A DNA stretch of 64,000 bases from the human T2T-CHM13v2.0 reference genome, Homo sapiens. Shown here in pieces: positions 18,246-34,059 of the stretch. The position numbers were made by a program, and so were the translations under genes. The stretch's first letter is position 1; every line of letters starts with the position of its first letter. Location: NCBI RefSeq assembly GCF_009914755.1, contig NC_060940.1; one strand, given 5' to 3'. The notes below the pieces were generated by a model. That model was not told the DNA's origin. It saw only the letters and a list, made by a program, of their open reading frames with translations, and ran no database searches.

Positions 18246-18639
<394 letters not shown>

Positions 18640-19119
18640 CATTTTCACTTTCTGCCCACTCCCATACAGGCAAGCACTAGTGTCCTTCAAAGAGGGTGGT
18701 ACTCATATCATCCAAGCAGCAACATCAGAGCATTTTGATCCTGGATACAACTGCACACTCTATGGATGAGCTCCAGCAAATTCAACTGACCCTGTTTTTC
18801 AGTGTGGTTCAAATGTCTGTGATTATTTGGTGGAGCAGTCATGATCTCATAAAATTACATATAATTACAAATTTACTAAGTGCCAATTCCTCTGCTAAGG
18901 GCTCCAGCTGCACTATGGTGTTGCATCCTCACACTATCTCTGTGACAGAGGTAACATCATTATCCTGATTAGACACATGAAAAATATGAAACTTTACAGC
19001 CAAGAAACTTAGTCAAAGTCACAGAGCTAGTAAGGTAGGGCTGAAACTTCAGCCCAGGCCATCAGACCTCAAAGTCTATGGCTTAACTTCAATTTAAACT
19101 GTTTAATCAACTTCCAGTT

Positions 19120-19590
19120 CTGGCTAGTTTCCAGTAGGTCTTCCCTAGAGGAAAGGACACATATTTCAGGACAATAATTTCAGTGGAAGTTATATATTTG
19201 AGTAGAGATCTCAGGAAGCACCAGAAGAGGACTGGAGAGTGAGACAGGGAAGAGAAGGGAATTTATCTCATCAAGCAACTTACTCTATGGGAAACTGGAG
19301 TCCAATATTTCTTGGAGAACTCTGGGTAACAATGTACTAAATGTAACCCCAAAACAAGGGAGCTGAAGTATTTATACACCCTTTCTTAGTAGTTATTGGT
19401 TGAGATCTGCTCTCACAGAACATGAATTCCTTGGCACTTCAAGTCCGCCACACATGTGGAGAGAGTGGATGCTGGTGGCCAGAAAGTACCCTTAGGCAAA
19501 GAACCCTAGGACTGGAGGCCAAAGCCAGTGAGCCTATGTAGAAACATGAGGGCCTAGGAAATGTGGGCAGCAACAACTGCCAAAGTCTAC
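19120..19590 (-). mobile_element. ERVL LTR (LTR33-like)
   Basis: gatctcaggaagcaccag...gagagtgagacagggaagagaagg. Confidence 0.6.
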
Positions 19591-19599
19591 CTTCACTTT

Positions 19600-19920
19600 C
19601 TTTTTAATTTCAATTTTCAATTTTTGTTTATTTTTTGTAAACAGGATCTTGCTCAGTTGCCCAGGCAGAGGTGTGGTAGTGCAATCTCAGCTCACAGTAA
19701 CCTCGACCTCTTGGGATCAAGCGATCCTCCCAGCTCAGCCTCCCAAGAAGCTGGGACTGCAGGTGCATGCTGCCAAGCCCAGCTAATTTTTAAAATTTTT
19801 TTTATAGAGATGGGATCGCACTATGTTGCCCAGCCGGGTATCACCTCCTGGGTTCAAGTGATCTTCCCACTCAGCCTCCCAAAGTGCTGGGATTACAGGC
19901 ATGAGCCACCACACCTGGCG
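19600..19920 (-). mobile_element. AluJ
   Basis: Reverse Alu with J-type motifs. Confidence 0.92.
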
Positions 19921-19947
19921 CTTCTCTCTTTTAAATAAACAACTTGA

Positions 19948-20122
19948 TGAGTTGATGGGTGCAGCAAACCAACATGGCACATGTATACCTATGTATCAAA
20001 ACTGCATGTTGTGTACATGTATCCTAGAACTTAAAGTATAATTAAAAAAATTGAATTACTTACTTTAAATTGGTGAATGGTATGGAATGTGAATTATATC
20101 TCAATAAATGTGTCAAAAAAAA
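19948..20122 (+). mobile_element. Short L1PA 3' end with extra 3' sequence and a second polyA
   Basis: gagttgatgggtgcagcaaaccaacatggcac...agaacttaaagtataa; TSD aaacaacttga. Confidence 0.85.
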
Positions 20123-20133
20123 AAACAACTTGA

Positions 20134-20400
20134 CTGAGGTGCAAATTATAGATCATAACATTTACCAATTTTAAGTGTATAATTTAACAACTCTTGGCAA
20201 ATTTACAGAGTTGTGTAACCATCCAACATCATCTATTTTTAGGACATTTTCATCACCCAGTAGGATCCCACATACCCATTTACAGTTACTTCACATTTTC
20301 ACTCCCAGCCCCAGGAAACCACTAATCTACTTTGTCTCTATGGTTTTGCCTTTTCTGGACATTTTATATAAATGGAATCATACAATATGTGGTCTTCTGT
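20134..20400 (-). mobile_element. L1MB/ME 3' end
   Basis: ccaggaaaccactaatctactttgtctcta...aaatggaatcatacaatatgtgg. Confidence 0.82.
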
Positions 20401-21834
20401 GTAAATAAGAAAGTCCCTCTCCAAATGGATAACACTGTAGAAATGAAAAAAAAAAAAAAAGGAGGGGGATAGGCAAGTAACTTCTAGCAAGAGACTTCTC
20501 CATATGGGAGGTGGGAATGTTCTAGATGAAACAAACAATGACTATAACGCAACTGGCAATGAAGAGACACCCCCTGATCACTGTGGAATCTCATCTTCCC
20601 CAGGATGCATTTGCATATACAAGCTTTTGAGTGAATGTATTTTGAAGGAATCTTTTGCATACAAAGGACTAGCAGGCAGCAAGCTGTGGGTTAAGAGGCT
20701 TTGAAGCCCATTAAACCATCAACCTCAACATGGAAATGAATGGGATCAAATAGTTTCTGATGGTTTCAGGAGCTGAAAAGGGTCAGTCTTTGGGAGTGAC
20801 TGATGTACAAAGGGATCTCGGTTTCTTCTCAGGCTTGCCAATCCCTTTATACTTTCCCCAAACCTTGTACATGTTAATGAAATTGACACAACATTAATGG
20901 AAGGCAACTAGAGCAGAAGAGCTGGTCAACGGTCAACCACCTTGTGTCTCCAGGACAGCCATCTTCCAGGAAACTGAAGCCTCCTGTCACACAGACTTTG
21001 TGTCTGTTGGATAAAGTGGTTAAAATTCCCCATGCACAAGGCATAATTGGCTCATGACTAACCGTCTGCAGAAACAACCACTGATAAATGCAAATAAGAT
21101 GTGGGATGTGGGATGTGGTCCACATCATCTCACACAAAACAGACTTCAGCCTCCTGCTGAAGGTCAATTTCTCCAAGCTGTTTCTGCTCCTTGATTCTGG
21201 ACCAACCCATAGAGTAGAATTTTGACTATTGTCCCTCTGGGGATCCCTGTCACGTGCTACTCAGGAGCACCCATTTTTTTTTTCTTTTGCATTGTGAACA
21301 AATCGAGGAATAAGCATAACAACAAATGACTGGCCAAAATACCAGCTTTATTGTTGGTAATGCCAGGCCAGAAGGTAAGGCTTATACCCACAACCACAGT
21401 GTGTTTCCCTGATACATACCCCTGAGCCTGGATCCTCAAATCCGTTAAAGGGAAACAGCAGAAGAGCAGCTGCAAAGGAGCTAGTCTGGGCCCCAGGAGT
21501 AGAGACAGAAAGAAGTGCACGTCTGCTCCTGTCTCTACAAGGCCAGCACCAAGCCCTGACCCAGGCATGCTGATGCCACGTATGACACCCTCATCCAGGG
21601 ACAAGCCCAGAGCTCCAAAAGAAAGTCCAAGGGACTGATGCCCTCCACCCTGAGATTTCATCTTTCCAATCTTTTCTTATCAGATACGTGATTTCTCCAC
21701 TCTTGTAGAAAAGACAGGGACAAGGTGAAGGGAAGGATAGAAGCTTCCTTTTGAATAATTCCAGGAGGTAGAGGGTGTGGTGATGAAAAATTTATATTCT
21801 TTGGACTAATAAAAATATTAGATTAGAAAACAAG

Positions 21835-22393
21835 GGCCAGGAGTAGTGGCTCATGACTGTAATCCCAGCACTTTGGGAGGCAGAGGCGGGTAGATCCCTT
21901 GAGCCCAGGAGTCCAAGACCAGCCTGGGCAATATGGCGTGACCCCCATCTCTATAAAAAATAAAAAAATTAGCCAGGTGTGGTGGCATGCACCTGTGGTC
22001 CCAGCTGCTCAGCAGGCTGAGGCAGGAGAACTGATTGAGCCTGGGCAGTCAAGGCCATGATCACACCACTGCACTCCAGCCTGGGTGACAGAACAAGACT
22101 CTGTCTCAAAAAAAGAAAAAAATAGGCTGAGGTGGGCAGAGCACTTGAGCTCAGTAGTTCGAGACCAGCCGGGGCAACATGGTAAAACCCTATCTGTACA
22201 CAAAATACAAAAATTAGCTGGGTGGGATGGCATGTGCCTATAATCCCAACTACTCAGGAGCCTGAGGTAGGAGGATGGCTTGACCCCAGGATGTTGAGGC
22301 TGCAGTGAACCTTGATTGTGTCACTGCACTCCAGCCTAGGGGACAGACCAAGACCCTGCCTCCAAAAAAAAGAAAAGAAAGAAAAAAAAGAAA
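21835..22393 (+). mobile_element. Two tandem AluJ copies (21835-22121; 22124-22393, 5'-truncated)
   Basis: Two Alu bodies, each with an A-rich tail. Confidence 0.92.
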
Positions 22394-23171
22394 AATTTGC
22401 CTGTAAGAGAAAAAATAACTTTCTCTCTTATCTCTGTCTCCCTGCCGATACACACATGTGCACATGCATGCACATATGCACAAACACACACACGAGGAGT
22501 TGAAGAACTTGGATTCTTGCCCTGCAAAGTATTCTTTCAGCCCTACTTTCCCATGATTTCAGAATCTATAAGAGCCTTATCTTAGAATCTACCAGCTGCA
22601 GAGTATGCTGTTTGTAGATGCCCTGTCTATCTCTGCTGGTGCTTCCAGTAAATGTGTAGCCAGGACTTTCCCACTCAAGCCTCCAGGGTTCCAGCAGGTA
22701 ACCAAAGCTAATGGAAGGGGCCAGCTATAGGAGAAAAGGCAGCACTGGGGACTTTGGTGACCTGGAGAGCACAGGCTGCCCCACTCCAGCTTATTACTGT
22801 CCTGCGGGAATGCAGGCTCACTGTTGCCCAATCTCTCTGAGTCTCAAGAGAAGGAAGCCATTAGCATTTATTTTTGTGTGCAAAATCCTTAGCTGTTTAA
22901 CAGCTGGCTCTGTTTTTAAAAACATTGCTTGTTTGGGCCAAATGAAATGCATCTGCCAACTCCATTTAACCCATGGTCAGCTGCTTGTGATTCTGGTGTA
23001 GAATGGCCACATGGGCAATGACATCCATCCTTCTGACATCCTGGGCCAGCCATGGAAGGAAAAGTAGAAATTTGCTGTGAGGGCATTGGTTAGGATTAGT
23101 AGTCCCCAGGGATGCTCACTATTGCCTGTGGTAGTGTCTCAAACTCCACCATTAGAAGTGTATTCCCTCAA

Positions 23172-23494
<323 letters not shown>

Positions 23495-23545
23495 TTATCT
23501 ATGTCCAAAGTCCCCAGAGGACTGCAAGTGTCCCTGAGTCATGTC

Positions 23546-23588
23546 CCACACTTTGGGAGGCAGAGGCAGGTGAATCCCTTGAGCCCAG
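23546..23588 (+). mobile_element. Isolated internal Alu fragment, no tail
   Basis: tcccacactttgggaggcagaggcaggtgaatcccttgagcccag. Confidence 0.8.
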
Positions 23589-24029
23589 AGGTCCAGTCCA
23601 CTTCCAGAGGACTGCACACATAAAACTGTGACATCAGCTTCTGGGGGCTGTTCTTGTGGTCATCCCGTGCCCACCTTGGAGACTGTAACAGCATCCCCCT
23701 ACCCTCAACACTCAGACTCACCCTTAAAAGCATTGATAAATGGCAGATTTTAGTACAGTTTTCTTGAGAGATGGAGCAGAGGCTGACAGGGTCCTGTGGA
23801 CATAAAACTTCCTCCTAATCCCCTCTGAATATTCCCCATTTAGAATGCCACATGCAGGATTTAAAAAAAAGTCTCCCTTCTTTTTCCTTCTTAGGGAAAA
23901 TGCTCCCTCTGACCAATACCTTCCAAGAAATAAAAACACAAGTAAAATCCCCCCAGCCAGTGGCTTCTCCAGCCAAATTGGTCCCGTCAACCTTCATATA
24001 CCTTCAGGAAAGCAAACATCTGCTAATTT

Positions 24030-24250
24030 CATACTGACAGCCAATATCTATGGAGCACTTAATGAGACGGGCACTGTTAGTAGCACTTCTCAGGTACCTA
24101 CCTATATATGTATGTATAATTATTATTTCCAATATACAGATGAGAAAATGAAGTCACGGAGAAGTTAAGTACCTTGTTCAGATCACAGCCAGGAAACAGA
24201 GAAATGGGGATTGGAAGTCAGGCAGTCTTACTCCAGAGTCTGTGCTCTTG
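24030..24250 (-). mobile_element. MIR
   Basis: tacagatgagaaaatgaagtcacggagaagttaagt. Confidence 0.78.
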
Positions 24251-24252
24251 AG

Positions 24253-24425
24253 ACAAGGTTGGCAAATGTGTTCTGTAAAGGCCCCCATAGTAAATATGTG
24301 TAGGCCATACCATCTCTGCTGCAACTACTCATCTCTGCTGTTGTGGAATAAAAGCAGCCATAGACAATATGTAAGTGAAAAGCCGTGTTTCAGTGAAACG
24401 TATTCACAAACATAGGCAGCCAATC
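24253..24425. mobile_element. MER58A-like hAT MITE
   Basis: ggttggcaaat...tctgtaaaggcc...aaagcagccatagacaatatgtaa. Confidence 0.8.
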
Positions 24426-24644
24426 CCTGTTTTTGAGACAGCATGCTGTACAGGGGGACAAACCTCAGACTGGCTGGGCCCTGACCCCCTATTCTTCCTT
24501 CTACCACTCACCTTCCTCTACCACCAATAGTAATAGCAACAGCCACAGCATTTGTAGAATGCCGGCTTGAGATGGTCATACATGATAATCATATGTCAGG
24601 GTAGGATTAAGGGACCATGATTTATCTCACCACCCATTAGCAGG

Positions 24645-24985
24645 TATGATGGTTAATCTCAGGCATCAACTGGAAGAACGCTTCTGGATGAGATGAACGT
24701 TTACATTGAGGAAAGAGGATTGTTTGTCATATTGTGGCTGGGCCTCATCTAATCAGTTGAAGGCCTGAATAGAGCAAAAGTCTGGGCCTCTACAAGCAAG
24801 AAAGAATTCTCCAGCAGGCCGCCTGCAACTTCACCTGTACCATCCTCTCCTGAATCCCCCACCTGCCAGCCCACAGATTTGGACTCAGCCGCCTCCATCA
24901 TCATGCGAGTCAATGGCTCATCATAAATTTCCTTCCGTATGTATGCGTATCCTATTGGTCTGGTTCTCTGGAGAGCCCTAATACA
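24645..24985 (+). mobile_element. ERVL LTR (MLT2D-like)
   Basis: tgatggttaat...agttgaaggcctgaataga...ctggagagccctaataca; TSD gcagg. Confidence 0.8.
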
Positions 24986-25394
24986 GCAGGTAAGGTCTTA
25001 GCTAGATGGTTGAGGATACAAAACTGCTTGGGAGTGGGGAAAAGGGTGACAAGTGCTAGAAACACATAGCTGAGCACCAGCAAAGAAGTTGGATGACTCC
25101 AGATGTCCTCTCCCTGGTTTCCCTAAGGTTTGGCTCAGGTCACTGCAGTCATCTCTCCATGGAGCAGTCTATCACCCCAGACCACTGCTGGGCTGAAGCA
25201 AGCCCAGGACAGCATTTGCTGTCTGACTGGCCCTGGGTCCCTGGTTTGTTCCATCCAAAGGGGTATGGATGATACGGTAGTATAAATGCCTCCTGTTGCC
25301 ATAATCTCTTCCTTCATACGCATTTTTAAAAACTATTTAAAAAAGAAAAAGAAAAGTAAAGAGAATCCACTCCCTGGCCTTTTTCAGTTTTACC

Positions 25395-25761
<367 letters not shown>

Positions 25762-25858
25762 CCTCCACACACCTTTTAAAGTAGTATTTCTAAAGACAGC
25801 TTGTCTGTAGTTGCTGCATTCCATTACTCCACACTTACAGGCAAAATGCCCCAAAATG

Positions 25859-26500
<642 letters not shown>

Positions 26501-26527
26501 CAAACAACAAAGGCTTTTGAGTACCTC

Positions 26528-27051
26528 TAGGATTTCTCAACTTCAGCCTATTGATATTTAGAGCTGGATACTTTTGTTGTTTTTTTTTTAGACAGAATTT
26601 TGCCCTGTTGCTCAGGCTGGAGTGCAGTGGTGCGATCTCAGCTCACTGCAACCTCTGCTGCCTCCTGGATTCAAGCAATTCTCATGCCTCAGCTTCCTGG
26701 GTAGCTGGGATTACAGGTGCATACCATCACACTCGGCTAATTTTTGTGTTTTTAGTAGAGACAAGGTTTTGCCATGTTGGTCAGGCTGGTCTCCAAATCC
26801 TCACCTCAAGTGATCTGCCCGTCTTGACCTCCCAAAGTGCTGAGATTAGGATCATGAGCCACTGCGCCCAGCCTGGATACTTTTTTTGCGCTGGGGACTG
26901 TCCAATGTCTTGAAGGGTGTTTAGCAACATCTCTGGCCTCTACCCACTAGATGCCTGTAGCACCACCTCCCACAGTTGTGACAACCAAAAATGTCTTCAG
27001 ATATTTTGTAAACGTCCCCTGTGGCAAAATCACCCTTTGTTGAGAGCCACT
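26528..27051. mobile_element. MER20 with nested antisense Alu (26572-26873)
   Basis: gtttagcaacatctctggcctctacccactagatgcc...gttgtgacaaccaaaaatgtc; Alu TSD ctggatactttt. Confidence 0.85.
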
Positions 27052-27349
27052 GAGTTAAAGGGATGCAATTTTTCATGCTTTTCAGAGCTTAAATTATATA
27101 TAACCAAGGGAATGATGGGCCCATGGCAGACAGAGAATACTTAAAGCCCATTTTCCTGGAGCACTAATTGTCCTTGATGGTATTTTAAAGCATTATTTTT
27201 ACATGAAAACAAATGTGGGTATATTACAGAGTAGAATCTCAAATTTAAGGCTTGGAAGAAATTTTATGTCTGAGGTGGGGTGATTTTGGCTATACTCCCA
27301 GAATCCTTGGCAGGTACACATTTACATTTCTCTGCCTTGGAGGAAGCTA

Positions 27350-27550
27350 ATAATAGCTACCATTTATTGAGTGCTTACAGGGGCCAGGAGCTTTAGAAAT
27401 TATTTCCCATTTGATCCTCACTGGGTGTTTATTATTAATCCCATTTTACAGATGAGGAGACTGAGGCCCAGGGAGGTCGTGAAACCCCATTCAAGTACTG
27501 ACAGTGACTAAATGATGGAGCTCGCATTGGAATCAAACAAAGTCTGTCTC
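27350..27550 (-). mobile_element. MIR
   Basis: cccattttacagatgaggagactgaggccca. Confidence 0.82.
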
Positions 27551-27807
27551 ACTAAGTATCTGCCAAAAAGCTTATGGGAAGGAAAAGGTGAACAGTGATA
27601 AACCACCAAAGTCAATATCCTAGTGCTAATCAACAGGATGGCTTAAGAAAAAGAAAGGCTCTGTTGAAACTGGCAAACTCTTAACTTGTCTTGGGTGGAG
27701 AGGGAGAAGAGGGGATAGGGGTTGAAAATGAAGGGATTCCCGAGGTAGGCACCACCCCTCAAGTAGGAAATAGTTAATCAACTTGACAGCATCAACTTGA
27801 AACTCCA

Positions 27808-28130
<323 letters not shown>

Positions 28131-28215
28131 CTAAATCTTAGCCTGAGATCCCTCATGCAATCCCCAGCTGGGACATCCCTCAGGAAGTTTCTTTTCTTAT
28201 TTTATTTTATTTATA

Positions 28216-28224
<9 letters not shown>

Positions 28225-28247
<23 letters not shown>

Positions 28248-29932
28248 ATTTTATTTTTTTTATTGATCATTCTTGGGTGTTTCTCACAGAGGGGGATTTG
28301 GCAGGGTCATAGGACAATAGTGGAGGGAAGGTCAGCAGATAAACAAGTGAACAAAGGTCTCTGGTTTTCCTAGGCAGAGGAACCTGCGGCCTTCCGCAGT
28401 GTTTGTGTCCCTGGGTACTTGAGATTAGGGAGTGGTGATGACTCTTAAGGAGCATGCTGCCTTCAAGCATCTGTTTAACAAAGCACATCTTGCACCGCCC
28501 TTAATCCATTTAACCCTGAGTGGACACAGCACATGATTCAGAGAGCACAGGGTTGGGGGTAAGGTCACAGATCAACAGGATCCCAAGGCCGAAGAATTTT
28601 TCTTAGTACAGAACAAAATGTAAAGTTTCCCATGTCTACTTCTTTCTACACAGACACGGCAACCATCCGATTTCTCAATCTTTTCCTCACCTTTCCCTCC
28701 TTTCTATTCCACAAAACCGCCATTGTCATCGTGGCCCGTTCTCAATGAGCTGTTGGGTACACCTCCCAGACGGGGTGGCGGCTGGGCAGAGGGGCTACTC
28801 ACTTCCCAGTAGGGGCGGCCGGGCAGAGGCGCCCCTCACCTCCCGGATGGGGCGGCTGGCCGGGTGGGGGGCTGACCCCCCCCCCACCTGCCTCCCGGAC
28901 GGGGCGGCTGGCCGGGCGGGGGGGCTCCTCACTTCCCAGTAGGGGCGGCTGGGCAGAGGCGCCCCTCACCTCCCGGACGGGGCGGCTGGCCGGGCAGGGG
29001 ACTGACCCCCACCTCCCTCCCGGACGGGGTGGCTTCCGGGCGGAGACGCTCCTCACTTCCCAGACGGGGCGGCTGCCAGGCGGAGGGGCTCCTCACTTCT
29101 CAGATGGGGCGGTTGCCAGGCGGAGGGTCTCCTCACCTCCCAGACGGGGTCTTGGCTGGGCAGAGGCACTCCTCACATCCCAGACGGGGCGGCGGGGCAG
29201 AGGCGCTCCCCACATCTCAGACGATGGGCGGCCAGGCAGAGACGCTCCTCACTTCCTAGATGGGATGGCGGCTGGGCAGAGACGCTCCTCACTTCCTAGA
29301 TGGGATGGCGGCCAGGCAGAGACGCTCCTCACTTCCTAGATGGGATGGCGGCTGGGCAGAGACGCTCCTCACTTTCCAGACTGGGCAGCCAGGCAGAGGG
29401 GCTCCTCACGTCCCAGACGATGGGCGGCCAGGCAGAGACGCTCCTCACTTCCCAGATGGGGTGGCGGCCGGGCAGAGGCTGCACTCTCGGCACTTTGGGA
29501 GGCCAAGGCAGGTGGCTGGGAGGTGGAGGTTGTAGCAAGCCGAGATCACGCCACCGCACTCCAGCCTGGGCACCATTGAGCACTGAGTGAACCAGACTCC
29601 GTCTGCAATCCCGGCACCTCGGGAGGCCGAGGCTGGCGGATCACTCGCGGTTAGGAGCTGGAGACCAGCCCAGCCAACACAGCGAAGCCCCGTCTCCACC
29701 AAAAAAATACGAAAACCAGTCAGGCGTGGCGGCGCGCGCCTGCAATCGCAGGCACTCGGCAGGCTGAGGCAGGAGAATCAGGCAGGGAGGTTGCAGTGAG
29801 CCGAGATGGCAGCAGTACAGTCCAGCTTTGGCTCGGCATCAGAGGGAGACCGTGGAAAGAGAGGGAGAGGGAGACCGTGGGGAGAGGGAGAGGAGGGAGG
29901 GGGAGAGGGAGAGGGAGAGGTAGAGGGAGAGC
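28225..29932 (-). mobile_element. Full-length SVA retrotransposon
   Basis: T-rich tail, SINE-R (~28260-28760), GC-rich VNTR (~28760-29480), Alu-like domain, (AGGGAG)n hexamer 29860-29930; 13 bp TSD tatattttttatt. Confidence 0.97.
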
Positions 29933-29945
29933 TATATTTTTTATT

Positions 29946-30199
29946 ATACTTTAAGTTTTACGGTACATGTGCACAATGTGCAGGTTTGTTACATATGTAT
30001 ACATGTGCCATGTTGGTGTGCTGTACCCATTAACTCGTCATTTACTTTAGGTATATCTCCTAATGCTATCCCTCCCCCCTCCCCCCACCCCACAACAGGC
30101 CCCGGTGTGTGATGTCCCCTTTCCTGTGTCCAAGTGTTCTCATTGTTTAGTTCCCACCTATGAGTGAGAACATGCGGTGTTTGGTTTTTTGTCCTTGCA
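29946..30199 (-). mobile_element. Young L1PA 3' end whose tail hosts the SVA
   Basis: atactttaagtttta..gtacatgtgcaca...cccattaactcgtcattta; TSD aggaa(g/t)tttct(t/c)ttc at 28182-28196 and 30200-30214. Confidence 0.92.
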
Positions 30200-30269
30200 A
30201 GGAATTTTCTCTTCAGCCTCTGACCTATGGATTCCTCGTTTCAGCAGTGCCTATGGCTGCAGTATCTCC

Positions 30270-31440
<1,171 letters not shown>

Positions 31441-31447
31441 TGGGGCT

Positions 31448-31850
31448 CGTTATGGGTTGAATTGTGTTTCCCAGAAAGTCATACCTTCAAGTCCTTGCCT
31501 AATTGAGGGTTCTCAGTATCTCAGATCATGACTGTATTTGGAGAGATGACGTTCAAAGAGGTAATTAGGTTAAAATGCGGCCATTAGGGTGGGTCTTCAG
31601 TCTTCATTCAGTCCGACTGGTGTCCTTCTAAGCAGAAATGTGGACATGCGCCAGCAGGGACACACACAGAGGAAAAGCATGTGAGAACATGGTGAGAAGG
31701 GGGCCAACTGCAAGCTAGGAAGAGAGGCCTCGGGTGAAACCAACCCTGCTCTCACCACCATCTTGGACTTTTAGCCTCCAAAACTGTGAGAAAGTCAATT
31801 TCCATTGTTTAAGTCTGTGGAAGTTATGGAAGCCCTAGTCAACTAATACA
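31448..31850 (+). mobile_element. MaLR LTR (MLT1A/B-like)
   Basis: gttatgggttgaattgtgt...tttagcctccaaaactgtgagaaa...aactaataca. Confidence 0.85.
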
Positions 31851-31882
31851 GGGGTTCCCTGAGCCCCCACATGCATTCCAAC

Positions 31883-32272
31883 AGAGGCAGGAGAATAGGG
31901 TTTGGAGACCAGGAACATAAGGACTTCCTAGAACTAAATCAAATGGAAACACTTCAGCTGTGATGGGAAATATCTTCTCCATTTACACAGGGCGTAAGCC
32001 AAATAAATGACTTTGTAAGTTTCCTCCATCCTCTTCATTTACATAAGGCATACACCAAGTAACCAATGGAAATTTTGGGGGGTATTTAAGCCTCCAAAAA
32101 TTCTGTAATGGGGCTCTTGAGTTCCTGTGCTCTGGCCCACCCCCACTCTGTGGAGTGTACTTTAGTCTTCGATAAATTCTGCTTTTGTTGCTTCATTCTT
32201 TCCTTGCTTTGTGCATTTCATCCAATTATTTGATCAAGACACCAAGAACCTGGACACTCTCCACTGGTAACA
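31883..32272 (+). mobile_element. ERV1 solo LTR (MER51/MER61 group)
   Basis: gaggcaggagaataggg...gacttcctagaactaaatcaaa...ggtaaca; TSD caac. Confidence 0.78.
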
Positions 32273-32394
32273 CAACCATCTGGATTTGAGTCCTGCCTCT
32301 GCTACTTCCGAGCTGTGAGACGCTGAGCAAGTTACTCTACCTGTCTAAGCCTAGGTTTCCTTATCTCTAAGTTAACATTCCAGTCTGCATTCTG

Positions 32395-32848
32395 TGTGAA
32401 AGTTGGTCTTAGAATTGGGTCGTTCTTGTTACAGCCAACTAAAACAGAGTCAAGAGGCCAGGAGGAGGAAAAAGCAGTCAGACCACATTACATGGCTTCC
32501 AGAAAGTAATTCTTGGAAAGCCTGGCTGCTGGAACTGCCTGCTGGAACCTGAAGCCAGTTTTATCTAACAGCTACTGGAAAAACCTGCTGTGACCTTAAG
32601 ACAAGTTTTGCCCACTGCCATCACACCAAACAGAGTTTGCCAGCTCCCACAGCCTTACCCTTGCCGATGAACTTTCTCAAAAAACAATATGTAACATTTC
32701 TCCTTTTCTAAAATGCCTCTAAACTTCTCTTTGTTCTTTGGATGTACTAAAGACCACCTGGTCTGCATATATGCTCTGAATTGCAATCCTTTCCTCCCAA
32801 ATAAAACATTTTAATTTTAGAGATTCATCTAATATTTGACTTCCACAT
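32395..32848 (+). mobile_element. ERV1 solo LTR (MER34/MER4 group)
   Basis: caactaaaacagagtcaagaggcca...aataaaacattttaattttagagattc. Confidence 0.6.
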
Positions 32849-32931
32849 ATGAAATTGTTAACAATATACACAACATATCCAAGGTGGTTAACAAAGTTTC
32901 TGGCACAGAGTAGGGCTCAAAACAACAACAA

Positions 32932-33228
32932 GACCGGGCATGGTGGCTCACACCTGTAATCCTAGCACTTTGGGAGGCCAAGGTGGGTGGATCACTCGAG
33001 ACCAGCCTGGCCAACATAGCAAAACCCCGTCTCTACTAAAAGTACAAAAATTAGTGGGCTGTGGTGGTGGGCGCCTGTAATCCCAGTTACTTGGAAGGCT
33101 GAGGCAGGAGAACTGCTTGAACCCAGGAGGTGGAGGATGAGTGAGCAGAGATTGCAGTACTGCACTCCAGCCTGAGTGACAGAGCGAGACCCTGTCTCAA
33201 AAACAAACAACAAACAACAACAACAAAC
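32932..33228 (+). mobile_element. AluS with small deletion
   Basis: Alu body, (AAC)n tail. Confidence 0.93.
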
Positions 33229-34059
33229 TACTATGATAACAAATGTTGGCATACTTCCTGGCCCCTGTACGTTTGAAGATGGTTTTATCTCCAACAAGGT
33301 AAGAGGTAAGGATCTTGGTACAGTATCTTGGATGCTGTACTTGGTACTAGGGACTAAGGGCTCCATCTTCAACACTAACCAACTATGGAGGCACATAGCA
33401 AACAAAATAATCAAAGCTCTAGCTTCTTCACCAAAGTAACCCAGATATTTTAAAACTACCCAGCTTGTGTCTCCTGTACTCTTTCCCCATTTATTCCTCT
33501 CTCATCAGGACTGGCCTGTTTCACTGTCCCCTTGGAAAGCTTTTCAGCAACTTTTTGACCCTCCGTTTAACACCTCTACCTCTCAGACTCCTAAAGCATC
33601 TTACCCAGGTCTCACTGCCTGTAAATCCGCAAAGCCAGGCTTTGAACCCAGGCTTCTGTGATTCATCACACATCCCACAAGTGACAGAGAGATGCAGAGA
33701 GCTTTCATTTGCCAATAATAATAATTAGTCACCCATTACATATAATTTATAATCATTAATTATAGTGATTCATATAATGATTAAGTATAATGTGAAGTTC
33801 TTGCCTTCCACACTAAGGGTGGTTATGGCTTCAGTTAGTGGAACACTTGCTCTGCGCCTGCCGTTCCCATGTGTCATCCCATGGATTCCTCTCACCACTT
33901 CTTTACAGAAATTATTTTATAACTCCCATTTGATACACAAGGACACTGAAATGTAGGGAGCCCCATGTCACCACCAGCACATCCACTGCTTAAGAGACTC
34001 TGGGAGAGATCAGAGGGTAGACAGGGAAAAGATGAAGATGATGTTAGAAGGCAGCAGGG

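Noticed and set aside
28745-30033. Overlapping GC-rich ORFs and an apparent CpG island
   Set aside because: Entirely SVA VNTR and Alu-like domain.
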